Assembly: GCF_009914755.1 (NCBI RefSeq)
Contig: NC_060927.1
Length of the DNA: 64,000 nt
Direction: 5' to 3' (one strand)
From: the human T2T-CHM13v2.0 reference genome, Homo sapiens
Shown here one piece after another: positions 41,770 to 55,720 of this stretch. The translations under genes were made by a program, and so were the position numbers. Numbering within the stretch: position 1 is the first letter of the stretch; each line of letters opens with the position of its first letter. Under the pieces are notes generated by a model. The model did not search any database. It was not told where the DNA came from and saw nothing but the letters and a program-made list of their open reading frames with translations.

Positions 41770-43039
41770 AATAGTTTATTTTTTAACATTGATCAGATAA
41801 ACGTTTTATCTTCTCTTTGAAGAAATACATAATTATCTTATAATCAGGGTTTTCTTATATCTAGAAATATAGCTTAGCTGCAAATAATGTTAATATTTTC
41901 TTTGAATGGTGGCTGTAAATATTAGTTAATAAAATGCAAAAGGTTTCTTTTGCAAAGGCAAATTTGCATTTTATTAACTAATATTTACAAAAAAGTCAAT
42001 AATAGTTTTAAATGACTATAAAGGAGAAAGAAATTAATTGATAACTTTTTCAAGGTCCCCTACTATATGACTGAACCTGGACTGGAGTTCAGGTTCTCTG
42101 ATATTCACTTCAGTGCTGTCTCAATTTGTTACACTAATTTTCTAAGAATTAAGACTCTTCAGAATTTTTTATTTCTTAGGTAAATGATAACCCGATAGCT
42201 AGGTCACAAGAACAAGAGAGGAGAATAACAGAGAGGGAGACTATTAAGAGATTAAATAAATTATTAATATATAATTTAGATATAATTATTTCTTAATCAC
42301 ACATAATTAATTATATAATTATTATTTCTATAACAGGGAATTAATATAGGGGTACAATTTTATTTACACTTAGAGAAGACTAACCCTATGCTAAAAATGT
42401 TCCTTAAATAACTCTTTTCAAACAAAATATCTTTGAAGTCATGAGGTCTTTGTATTGCAGGGGCAGGAAGGAAGAGCAGGAGCTCTAGAACAAATGCTGT
42501 GGATATTTGTTGCTAAAAATGTCCAAGAAATATCACTTTGTGCAACATATTAAACTTCGTGTGAAAAATTAAATGCCATGGGAAGATTGTTTCTTAGATT
42601 ATTAGAAGTACACAAAATTTGAGACTATTAGAAGCCATTTCATCCAACTGCATTATTCCTAGGGATTCTGGATTCCACAATATTAGAAAGATGTCCTAGG
42701 TTCTACCTCCCTGGCTCATTTCTCATAATATGCATGAGACTGTAATTCCCATAGAAAGGTGATAGCTCTCTTAAACATGAAAATTAGATAAGAAGGTATA
42801 TTTGACATAAAGAAGTCATCCTTGAGCAAAAGAGAATATAAATAACTCCTTGGAAGAAAAATGAAAAGTCAGAACAAAATTTTCTATCCACAAGAAGGTC
42901 CGGCTAAGTCCAAGTTAAATTAACAGAAATATTTCTCCTTTTGAAGGGGGTGAATGTCCCATGTTAGGTACCAATCCCTGTTCTGCACTCTGAAGTTCTG
43001 AATAAAGAAGGGCCAGGGAAGAAAGAATTGGAATGCAGA

Positions 43040-44070
43040 AGTATACATACAGCAACCAGAGTAAGCATTTTGAAATAAAAGATTGTTTCATATGCTATTT
43101 GACACCTTGTCAATGGCTTCTCATTTTACCTAGAGTAAAAGCCAAAATGTTTACAATGCCTAATAGGGTCCCACAGGATTTACCCCCAATTTCCACTACG
43201 TCACTGACATAACTTCTTATTAGTTACTGCTGCAAAACAAAACACCTCTAAACTATTTTTAAACCACACTTTATTAGTTCTGATGAACCCAGGAGTCAGC
43301 TGTGCAGCATCTGCTGTCAGCTGGTAGGTCAACCAGGGCTGTCTGGTCTAGGAAGGCCTCAGCTGAATGACTCAGCTCTTGTCCCATAGCTTGGAAAGGG
43401 CTTGTTTCATGGCAGAGTCAGGGTTCCAAAAGAAAGGGACTTTTACTAGCCACCCTTTGAATCTATTTTGCTGCTATACCATTGTCCAAAGCAAGTCACG
43501 TAGCACAACCCAGAGTCGGTATTTTGGTAGTCAGTACTATAAAGGGTATGGAGAAAGAAAGCTTAAATTATTATAGCCTTTTAAAAAAATCAATCACTCA
43601 CACTTTTTACTTTTTTTTTTTTTTTTGCTCATCTAGCCCAAATTATACTAACTTACAACACACCCATCCCTGTATTAGAATCGTAACTTAGCTGTTACAA
43701 CTGCTGGAAATGTTCTTCCCTAGATATTGACTTTTTACTCTATCATTTCCTTCAAGTTTTTTTTCTAACTTTTCTTTCTTAATGAACTCTTGTCTACACT
43801 ATTCAATAAGACACATTGCAATGATTCCTCTACTTGTTCTTTCTTTTTCTCATAACATACCTGAATTTCTAACATAGAATTATGGGGGTTTTGTTTCATA
43901 TATGTATTTTTTTGTTTGTTAATATGGTGGTTTGTTTCTTTCTTATCTATCTCTCTCTTCAGTAAAATATAAGCGGTGAACTTTGCTTATTTTATTTAAT
44001 GATGTATCCTAAGCCTATTAATAGACTGCCTGGAGCCTGATAGACATCAATACATATTTGTTAAGTATAT
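43040..44070 (+). mobile_element. L2 fragment interrupted by an old MLT1 LTR (~43215-43600)
   Basis: caatggcttctcattttacctagagtaaaagccaaaa...tgcctggagcctgatagacatcaatacatatttgtt; MLT1-like ccattgtccaaagcaagtcac. Confidence 0.65.
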
Positions 44071-44324
44071 TAACATAGTCATATTTCTGCTTCTGTAACT
44101 TAAATTAAGAAATATGAACTTTGTATATCACAAAGTGCACAACAATCAGGAACTGAATGGAAAATAAACCATATAATAAATAGTAATAAATTACAATAAA
44201 TATAATAAATAATAATAAAGAGCTCCTCTTAAAAACTTAAAGTCTCTCAAAACAAGTAGCCTTAGGATTGGAGAGAATCGCAGCAGGTGCAAGCCCAGGA
44301 GGTGGAAGCCAAAAAAAAAAAAAA

Positions 44325-44470
44325 ATCATTTTATCCAAACTTCTTATTCAACTAAGGAAGATAATTAAGCCCAAGGAACTTAAGTGCATTGAAAAATGTT
44401 GAAAAGTCAGCTAGTGGCAAAACTAGGATTAGAGCCAAATCTTCCAATTACCACCACTATATTCTTTTCA
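44325..44470 (-). mobile_element. MIR-family fragment
   Basis: aagcccaaggaacttaagtg..cagctagtggcaaaactaggattagagccaaatctt. Confidence 0.45.
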
Positions 44471-45722
44471 CTTTCTCAAACTGACAAAATCACTGCTCAG
44501 ACAGAATTTATAACATTTAAATAAAAGTGTGAAAGAAGAAATTTCCAAAGTTATTGAGTAAGTAAAACCATAGGGCTTTGAAAATTAAGTTTGGAGTTTC
44601 TAATTTCAACAAATTGAAATCCAATAGGCTGATATATTTGTTTCTCAAAGAGAGCATAGATGGCTGTGGTTTAGCTTCTCTGTATGTAAAACTGTAATAG
44701 AGGAGACAGACGCCTTACTGAATCTAAGTTTACAAACTTCCTGAGCTAAATTATTGGCCTTTGCCAGTGCATGGGAATTTCATTTTCAGAATCAAAATGA
44801 GCATAGTAGAAACTATTCTGAGAAAGGGAAAGATTGTATCAACAATGATGTGAAGGAAGTAGAAGTTATCACTATATGGAGATTTCTCTTTAGTCTATTT
44901 TTCTCTTGAATAGTTTCAAAGAACTTTTTTTTTTCTATTTAAACAACCAGAGAATTAATTTAGCTCAGAGAAAAGCATCTAATAATTGTGGTTATGTTTC
45001 TACAGGCTGACTTTTACCAGTGGAGTAAAATTCTCCCACAGAGTTTTATAGAATGAGAATCTGGGTCAGTGTTTTATATTACTGGCCTCTCCTAACAACA
45101 AAGTAACATGATACTCCCTCATTGCTGAAACCGAAGACCAGGAAGTTAATAATTTTGTGACAAAGTTTATAATTTTCTTTCCCAGTCATTTTACTCTCTT
45201 TGTCTTGTGACTTCTCTCCCCACTTCAATGTTATAGCTAATTGAGATATATTTCTATCAGATGAAGGCTGAATGAATCTTCCCTGGTGAAAATTTTATAC
45301 ATTTATAGCTATTAGTGTCCATTTATTCAATTCCCACTTCACTGGGAATGAATTAGTTATTAGGTTTTCTATATGAATTGGTAACAAAAAGTTCATAAAA
45401 CTAATCATTTACAGGTCAATGTTTATACAGTTTTTAAAATAAAATCTAGACAATCAGTTTAATTCCCTACTTTGCATCAATTAAGGAAATATTCTTATAC
45501 TCAGCAATCACTATTAGTCTGTTCTTTAAAATAAAATTAGAATTTCAGCACTATCTGCAAATTCTCTCACATTGAAAGTTAATTACATTGTCATTAAAAT
45601 GATTTGTTAAAGCTTGAAAATGATGTGTGTTATAGTAAGAAGACAGTCTTTCAAACTCTGGTATCAGTCTGTTTCCATTTTCAAGCAAAACATTGCTTCA
45701 TTTATTCAAAGTAATTTGGCTA

Positions 45723-46140
<418 letters not shown>

Positions 46141-47779
46141 CTAAATTTTAGAAACTAGCAAAATCCTCATTTTCACAGTAACATGCATTCTTACTTGAAA
46201 AACTCTACTTCCCTTCCAAGTACTTCAAACCTTATTTAAATGTAAATAGTATCCTGAAATATGTTCCTTCTATGTACAATTCTCAAATGGAGACATAAGC
46301 AGTTTAATACAAATTTTAAAAAGAAAGAGTCTGATATGCAATTTATTAACTGGAAATTGTGCTAAGTTCATGACCTTCCTGAAACTACTTTACTCCAAAT
46401 GTATTTTATACAATATAAATAAAATTTTTGGATTCTATAAAAAGGAAAGCAGATGTAATGACTCACCAAGTCGCCAAAAACATAAACATTGTTGTATTCT
46501 CAGGCTTTTGGCCAGTTTTTACTTGACTCTGTGAGTCTCAACGGGTTATCAGTAACATTTCAGTAAGGGGTTAGATGCAAAAATAATTGCAGAAGATTTT
46601 GCAGTGACTTCCCAGGAAGGGGAACTGTGCCTACCATTTTCAAATAGTGTGTGAATCATTTATATAAAGATGCTAGAATTGTCTTAAAACTTTGAAAGGT
46701 TGAAAGTCCCCTTCACTGCCATATTTTCTTCTTGGCTGGGCAATGAAGATATTTGTATTCAATATAAAAATATTCCTAAACTCACATATCAGGTTTTCAA
46801 ATTATCTAACTTCTTAGTTCTTACAAAAATGGTTTTTAAAAACCCTCATTTTTTCCTTTAAGAGTGTAAATTGTTCTAAAAAGTAAATGCCATAATAAAA
46901 ATGTCAGCATAACCAGATCAGCTTTCAGCTTTGCCTCTAAAATTTTTTTAAACGCCTTAGCAACATGAGAAAATATTGTGGATTTTCTATATCTCCCTGT
47001 TTCTATGATCTGGAACTGAAAATGTTAAGATGAACCACTGCAGACTAGAAACATGGAACATATTTCCATTCCAAAAGGACAGTAACCAAGAGTATATTTT
47101 TAAAACATAGAAGTCTACAAACCTGGGTCATCTGGTCATCCCTGCCTTGAGGCATTTCACACAGAATGCAATTTATTCTTTAAATTGAATAACAGCCTCA
47201 CAAGAGAATAACACTATAAAAATAGACAATACCCCTGCCCTGTAGCACCTCAATATTTCTTGCTGCCAAATAAGAGAAAGTACTCAAAGAGAGAACAGAA
47301 ACCTATAACCAGAGTGGGAAATAATTCTGAAAGTATGTATTTCTCTACAAATAAGTAACAAGAATACAGAGAGAAAGAAAATCAACTCGACAAACTGCTT
47401 CAATAAGGAACATGCAAACTATATGGTCAGCAATAATCTTTAGGACAATAAGCCTACCAGTTTCATATGGAAGGGGAACTGGAGCTCAAGATCTTTAGGA
47501 CAAGCAGGATATGAACAAATGTTTGAGAATTTACACATTTATTTTCTTATTTTTTATTTTTAAATGGAGAGCTTTGTGGCTTGCAACACTAGAAGAAGCC
47601 ATTAGCAAGTTATTCACAGGCTCTAGGGGTTAGATTTTGTTTTTAACTAACAAGTGAAAGAGTATTTTCCACTTCATTGGTCATGATGGTATGCTCAGTA
47701 ATGTTGACCTAAGACTCTACATGTAGAATTAGTGATTATAAAATTTTGTTTTACAGTGACACTATTAACATTAAATAAC

Positions 47780-48000
47780 AAGAGCTAACACTTATTAAAT
47801 GTGCACCATGGGTTGAGAGGATGCTAGTTTAAGCACTATATTTTTTAGATCATGTGATCCCTTATAAAGTAGTTATTCTTTAACCCATTTTGTACATAAA
47901 ATAATAAAGTACAGAGAATGTAAGTGATTTACCCAAGTTACACAGCTAGTAATATTAGAGGTGATACTCAAACCCACTTAGGCTAACTCCCAGGTGCACC
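47780..48000 (-). mobile_element. MIR
   Basis: agctaacacttattaaatgtg...cccattttgtacat..aagtgatttacccaagttacacagctagtaa..actcaaaccca. Confidence 0.7.
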
Positions 48001-49719
48001 TGCTTCAACACACCACTGCACAGTTCATTATTCCTTAGAAGCTAGGTGAACTCAAATTGAAGCCTAAAACAGATTCTAGCTATTTATAATTAATTCTCTT
48101 TATTGCTTTTCTTTTGTGATCTCTTACATTGTTGTTTCTTCTGCCGTATTTTAAGCTCAGAATACAGCTCTGCCATGTAAAGATTGGACAAATGCTCATT
48201 TTAATAGAGGCCATAAAGATACCACTAAATAATCCAACATCTTCCTTTGTCCTGGTCACTTTCTTGCCTGTATTTTGGACAGTCCATCTGGGTCCAGAAT
48301 CATACCAGTGACTGGTGCAATTATTTGGCCATGGGGCTAGGACCGCGATTCATTCTTGCCATCCCGACTTTCCCAGTCTCCTTGTGGAGTGGATACCAAT
48401 TAGGGAAAATGACTGAGAAATATAAGAGGCACTCGTTTGACTACATTGCTTACTGCCCTATCATACTAGCCTAATTCTATGACTTTTCAACATGGAAATA
48501 GAACAAGAATATTACACCTTATAAAACACTATGCCTGGCCTAACTGGGTGCCCTAGACCTGCCTAAATTTGAAAGATTGGTAGCTACTGAAGCCCAGTTT
48601 ATCTGTCTTCCCTATTAGCATGTGTTAGTGAGAAATCACATGAGCTAACACAAATTGTGAGTTATGATCATCTTTCTCACATTTTGTGACACTTTTTCCA
48701 ACCTTGAAAAATATAACAAATAAATTATGAAGCAACGAAGAAAAGAAGGAAAAGATCTTTTGTATTAATGTATGAGTGTGTATACTGCGTTTGTGTCTCT
48801 TCAGTGTGGTGGGGGAGGTGTGTGAAGTGAGGGAAAGGTATTACAACAAAGCTATTTAGAAGAACGTGTATTTAGCGAAGAAGGAAATGAAAGGTAATAC
48901 TAAATCTAACACTCAAGTAGATAAAGCTTAGACCATCTTCACAGGAAATAAATGAATAGTGCTAATAGCTGGATCCAATTTATAAGGCACTAAACGGATA
49001 TTATAGGAAGAAAGGAGATAATTAATCTTCAGCTAGAACAATGAAAGATCAGCTGTGGTATTATCACAGTGCCACCTTCCAAGACTCTGGAGGTGCCTTG
49101 CTTTCCAATATATTAATAAAAGATTCTCCAGAATTAAGACATTTAATTATCTGCAAGGATTCTTTGTATTTTTTTATCTCTGCATGAAGTCACTGATTAC
49201 TGTATATAAAGTTTTCCTTTATCTACTGCATTGAGACTATAATGGCAATATTAATAGTCTCTGTGTATAGGAATGAAGATATTTGGTCTCAAAATTATTT
49301 AACAAAGCTGCAGTTTTCATGATTATTTGATAAATATGTGGTTTCAGATTTATTAAACAAAGCTATGGTTTTTTGATGATTATCAGAGTACTTCATCTAT
49401 ATTTTTAAAATCTTATAATTTATAGCAAATAGCTTTATTCTTCTTTCAGTTGATTCAAATAAAGTTACAATAGTTATATGCAGGAAAAAATGTCCAAAGA
49501 TAATTTCATTTTGCAGGATATTATTTTAAACATGTATAATATTGGGTATAGACAATAGTTTTGTATAATCTATATAATTTCTACAATATTTACAAGTGCA
49601 TAAAGCAGGATGAGAGAGTGGAAGGTCACAACATCAGTTCAAGGGCATTCTTTACCTCACAATATTTAATAAGTTTATTTTTAGATACTTTGTAAAAAAA
49701 AATCTCTACCATCATAAAA

Positions 49720-50500
49720 GTGACATCACCATCAATGTGAAATTGGTTGGCCATTTTCCAGCGAACAAATTTTAAAACATGAGTGTCATTGTTGATCTTT
49801 TTCCTGCTCCTCTTATACAGACACTTTCCCATTCAGTTTCAAAAGACTGTCTCTAAAGACTCTAATATATTCTGCTCCTTTAGATTACCTTGACCCTGCC
49901 CTCTAGTATATTTCGCAAGTATAATTTTATTTTCCTTTTAACTGTCTCTCTAACTTCAATATTTTCTTCTCTGACATATTATTTTACAATAGTCAAGAAG
50001 CTTTAACATATGCAGATTGATTATGCCATATTTTTATACAAGAATCTCTCAAGTTTTCCCTTTAACTTAGAGATAAAGCCCAAATTTCTTAGCATAAGTT
50101 ATGATACTTGGCATGGGGCTTGGACTGCCCGCACTCACCTACCCAGTTGTACCTCCTGTGACATTCTCTTATCTGTAATTTGTTTAAGTGAAGCTACCAA
50201 ATATTTCCAGAAGTATCCTGTAGATGTTTGCCTTTACTCACACTTCTTATTCATGTAATTTTCTACCCCTCTCAACTGTATTATCCTTGGAAAACTTACA
50301 CTCTACTTTCAAGACCAAAGTAAAGACAGATGTTCCTTACCTGATTCTTACCACTCTCTTCAGAGTTAGTACCTTATCTGAAATACTTCCATATCTGTAT
50401 TCTTGTTAAAGGGCCTTATAATTACTTTATGTGCCTGCTTTCTAGCTTTTGCATGCCCCTAAACAAAAGCAGTGTTCAATACATTGTAGGTGCTCAGTTG
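49720..50500 (+). mobile_element. L2 fragment
   Basis: cttagagataaagcccaaatttcttagcat...acattgtaggtgctcagtt. Confidence 0.55.
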
Positions 50501-53500
50501 CATTATATATCACAATGCCTTTCTAGTAGACTAGCATGCCCCAACCACTTGTACACTCAGTTGCCAGAGACCCATTACTCTGTACTCATATGCTTAAGTC
50601 TAGCAAGCCCACTGTTTTCACATTCTTCTTCATAACAGCTCTACTACAATCCATATTTTTATTGAATAAAATTAAATGGAGTAATTTTGTGTTAAGAATA
50701 TTAAAAGAAAATGTTATTGTGATTAATTGTAAGAAGTGGCTGTTAGAAGATGATTCTCCATGAGTCTTTAGCATGTCTGCACATTTTGAAAACAGAGGTG
50801 TCTACTGCCCTTTTCTTACAAACTACTTTTTCAAGTATGTTTACATAGAGACAGCCTTGGGAGATAGCGTGTCTCTTCAGAGAAAAAGGTGGATTCATCA
50901 TCCAGCATTAAAAAAAAAATGCCTTCTTCTACAGCAAAAGTTGGTCAGATTTGCTTGCAGCCCATCATAAAAGATACAGGTTCTCTAAGCTTGGTGTTCT
51001 TTACATGTGACATAAATCACCTCTGTGAGATTTTGTTGGGGGGTGGGAGAGGGGAAAGGTGCACCATTGTGAATATGAGGGTCATATTTCCTGCTAAGTG
51101 CCCCCTACTGTTCTAACCATTCATGAATGTCTAGAGGCTGAGTGACTGTCAGGAGCTAAGATTGAATTGAGCTACCCCAATAGTGATGTGGTTGTCATTG
51201 TCCTCTAGGCAGGGGGAAGGAAGAATGTTATCATGGCATTGGTGCAGTAAGCATCACAGCCCTAGATGAAAGGCAGTGTGGCTGTGGCTGAGTCAAGGAT
51301 TTCCCAGAAATGAAATAGATGCTGTCAATAATGGTGATCTTGCCATCTGATCTAGTTATTGAGTAGGCCAAAACATTGAAGTATTTTTTAGTTAAGGCAT
51401 GGGCTCAACTGAAATCAGTTTCAGCTCATTTACAACCAAAGGTAAATGTGCCATGCCTAGTGATGTGACTTCATTTTATCTTTTCGTATGCTCCATCTCT
51501 CTCCCCATCTTTACCTTAAATTCAGTTGCTTTGTAGAGAAAGATAATTAGGAGTAGGATGAGGTTTTCCTGTCCTCAAGAAATACCCAAAATCATATGCG
51601 CTTGTATAAATACACTGGAAAAATTCAAGGACAGGAGAGACTCAAACTTTATGGCTCTGTTGGACATAAGCACCCAAGTCACTGCCCTACAGAGTCCTAC
51701 AGGGAAAGGAGATGGCAAAATTCAGCTGCTGCTGCCATTTGGACAGGGTTTACAGTAAGGGAAGAAAACTAATTTGATTTTGAAGACGGAGCCGTTTGGG
51801 TCAATTCAATGGACTATTGTTGACTCTCTACATCTGAATGTATGGTAGGATTGATGTATTCTATGTTTCTACTTCTCCATCCCATAAGCACCATAGGGGC
51901 TTCTTCCAATCAAGAAAGAGTCACAAGTAGTGGGACAAACTCCCTTGCAATTTTCTACCAGTGATTGGGTCAGAAATTAGCATGCATGCCTATAAAGTAA
52001 CATCCAAAGCTTTTACTATGTAGAGGATATTCTGATGGTTCGAAAGTTAGAAATCCCATCCCAATAACCCTTACTGTAATGTTTTCACACCACTTCAGCA
52101 GGAGTGACTGCTAAATCCTTACAAAAGTATGTAGGATCCTTCAAACCCAATACTTTCTTGAGATTATTTAGGTAGATTCACAATGCTCAATGCCTTTAGA
52201 AATCAAACTATTTTTTGGATTCCCCATGACCAAAAAGGAGATAGTGTTTCCTCACTTGAGCATTCTACTTAATTCTTTATGTCAGCTAATCTACAAGTCA
52301 GCATCCTCTGGGTGGGGCTTAAACAAGTTGTACTGGAACCTGTCCATCCAGCTACAGAACCCTCTCCACTTCTGCAGTCCCACAACATTAATGTCCTCTT
52401 TGATTATGAATCTCTGTGACTACATATTTTGTGTATTATAGACCGAAGCAGAGGAAAGCAGCCTTCACACAGAGGAGCACCTCATGATTCTGGGCTCATT
52501 GTCCCTTTGGTACAGCTACTAGGAATTTCTATTTTTAATGCAGCTATGAGCTTGCCACTGAGAACTTGCCCAAAATCAGTGCCCTAACTCACAGAAGCTT
52601 TATGATTCTCTGGCCTGTTATTTCCATTTTGAGGTGGGTCAACTTGTACTCAATAAGTAGAGAGGTCAGAAGTGGCCAACAAGCCTCATCTATCAAGTGG
52701 AAATGGCAAAGTCAAGAAAGCAGTAGGCTGGGCTCCAGCAATATCTCAGCATTACATTAACAAGTGGCAACTCCCTCTACTTCCTGCAGCAAAGCCACTG
52801 ACTCATCATGCCCTTTACTCACAGAGTATTCTGTAAAAGCTTAGTCCTGATTCAGTGATGAATTTGGTTCACTCAACTAAACTGAGTCAAGTGATATCCA
52901 CTAGTGTGCAAAAGCTGCTCAACCTCAGTACCAGCTCTACATAATCAAAGCTGGACATGGTTACTCTGCTTAGTGGGGAGAATTCAAGGCCATTCTTATA
53001 GCCCTGGCCAGTACTTTTCTTGAGAGATCTTGACACTTAATTTATATTTATATTTCTACTGACTCTGTGGTTTTTTGTGGCCTATTTGTTCTGCCATTGG
53101 GAAAACTACAAGCTGGTAGATTAATGACATCATTCTTGAGGACTACAAACAAGTTTGTAGAAACAAACAGCAGCTACTTATCAAATTGCCTGAGTTGCTC
53201 AGATAGATTCCTGTGATAAAGGCCCATTATCTGACAAGTCTGACTGAAATCAGATTGCTGATCAAGATGCATTATCCAGATTGCCACAATTTCTGCCTGC
53301 ATCCATGATCATTCACCATGATAGAAATGCATTCACTATCATAGATTTCACACAAAGTAAAAGATTCTGTATGTATGATGCAGAAGCTACAAATGCCTTT
53401 CTGACTCTTGCTAAAAAATTGGCTGTCTTATGGTAAGACGTATTGCACAGGATATTCCTCTCACCTACTTCTGCAGATTCAACTTTATCTCAGAGCTATC

Positions 53501-53579
53501 AGTGTTGCCTCACCACTGTTAACAGATCTTTATGTTACAGACTTGTTCTTCCAGTATATTCTGGCTACAGCTTTCTGGC

Positions 53580-54160
53580 TTTTGAAACTAGTGAGTGATT
53601 ATGACATTAAGCCTGTGGACTTCCCTCGCTTCTGCTACCAACCCTTAGGTGCAATAATTCACTAGAATGATTCATATCTAACTGGAATTTCACATTCTAA
53701 CATGCAAAAAATATTATATTCACAGCATGGTTTATTACAGGAAAATGATACACACTCAAATCAGCCAAGAGAAGAAGTACATAACATAGAGTCCAAGAAA
53801 GTTCCCAATATGGAGCTTCTAGTTGTCCTTTCCATATGTGTATGGACAGTGTAGCTCTTTCAGAATAAATGTTACAGTGTGCATGGTATATTTTTCACCA
53901 GGGAAGCTTATCCAAGCCTTGGTGTTCAGAGTTTTTATTGGGGCTTGATCTTATAAACCTGGTTGACCACCCACATGGCTGACCTCAGTCTTCAGCCCCT
54001 CAGGGGGTTGACAAATAACACATGACCCAAAGTCCCCACCCTAAATCGTACTGTGGCTCAAAGCCCCCAGGTAAACAAAGATACTTTTATTAGGCAGGAC
54101 ATTCCATGGACTTGAAGATTACCTCTAAGGGACCAAGGGCAAAGGCCAGACCTCTCTTTC
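53580..54160 (-). mobile_element. MER21B/C-like LTR nested in the integrase region
   Basis: ataattcactagaatgattc..ggtttattacagg..aaatcagccaagagaagaag..ccagggaagctt..agagtttttattggggct..aggccagacctctcttt. Confidence 0.75.
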
Positions 54161-55531
54161 CAGATCATTTATACTCAATGGTGTGCCTTTGATTGCAAAA
54201 AACATTCAAAGGTTGGTTAGGAGTCAAGATATTCAATGGACCTTCTACACTCCCTGCCATGCCTAAGCATCTGTTATCACTTAGTTTTGGCATAACTTTC
54301 TTTAAAATCAACTCAAAACATTATCTGTTTTTAACTTATTTACCCTTTCTGATCCACACACCATAGTCAGGTAGTTTGGTCACTAAATGAGGGTATCCCA
54401 GACAGGAATAATCCCCTCTCAGTTACTTCCTGGGTGATAATGATGTAAAAAAGAATAAGGGGTAGCTAGATCTACTTTGAAAATTTGAGATTCGTTCCTG
54501 ACCAGTTCTGGCCATGATGCTACTTTGTTTTTCCAAAGGAAACCCCGGGTTGGCTTGGTTACCTGTCTCTCTGATGTCAAGAGAGAGACTTGGCTGCCCA
54601 TCCAAAAGAAGATTCAAACATAATTCATGTCCAGCTACCTGGATCTCTTGTTGGCTTGACATGGTCTTAGAGCATCAGGATAATGACTATTGGTGCTACG
54701 CTGCTTACTGGGTTCCTACAGTAACCCATACAGGACAAAGTGGGGTACATATGGGTATCTGAGAGTTTTATAAAAATGCCCTTGCCTTTTTTGCACATGA
54801 TCCTTTTGGACAAAAGGGAAAAGTTTGAGTAGGGGATGATTGGAAAAAAGATGTGGTTATGGCTACCAGAATAGGCACACTGATTTTTGTGGTGATGAAG
54901 GGAAAGCAACAAACTTGGCATTTGAGGATGGAACAGATTTCAGGGAGAATGCGGAAGAGGAAAAATGAACAATCATTTTTTTTCTTCTGTAGAGCCTTTC
55001 ACATGAAGAAAATATCCCAGTGTAGATCTTCAAAACTTAACTTTATAGGTCAGTTATCCCTCTCCAAATGACTCGACCATGATTTGGCTTCCACTTCTCT
55101 TAATTTTCTCAAAATATCTATCGGAAATAGAATTGGTTGGCTGCAACTCCCAAAATACCAGCGGGTGTTTTCCCAGCCATTCAGTGGGTCAGAGAAATGC
55201 CACACAGCATGTAGTGTGGGAAAACTGATGGTTCCTCTAAAATAAGGCATACACTTAATTATTCAAACTGAACTTGGAACCCTAAAGCCTACAGTCTAGC
55301 CAAGAGACTACATTGAAAATACTTTAAACCTGTGCCCCAAGACTCATGTAGATTCTACATGAGGAGCACCATCAGTTGTAAACAACACTATCTTTCCAGG
55401 GGCACGATCAGGATTCAATTTCATGTGGAAGGCAGGCATTAACATGCTTCCCTCCCAAAAGCATGGATGTCTACTTTAGTGGTGGTCATAAGAGACCATC
55501 AAGTGTTTAAGGGACCACCACCTCAACCGAG

Positions 55532-55720
55532 GAGGGCATGCAAATCAGCCTGAACTCACCGCTTAGGGTTGATATAAATGAGAGGAGTGTCCTAGACTTT
55601 GTTCTTGCATGACAAGGGGGAAGCTGGGCAATCTTTAGTACATCTTTCTGCACTTTGCTTAATGCCTCAAGCCAAGTGAAAAGGTCAATACAGAAACTTA
55701 AAAAGAAACCATTTGGCTTT
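55532..55720 (+). pseudogene. env: Retroviral envelope TM remnant (ISD plus degenerate CX6CC)
   Basis: Frame from 55532 reads EGMQISLNSPLRVDINERSVLDFVLA*QGGSWAIFSTSFCTLLNASSQVKRSIQKLKKK. Confidence 0.85.
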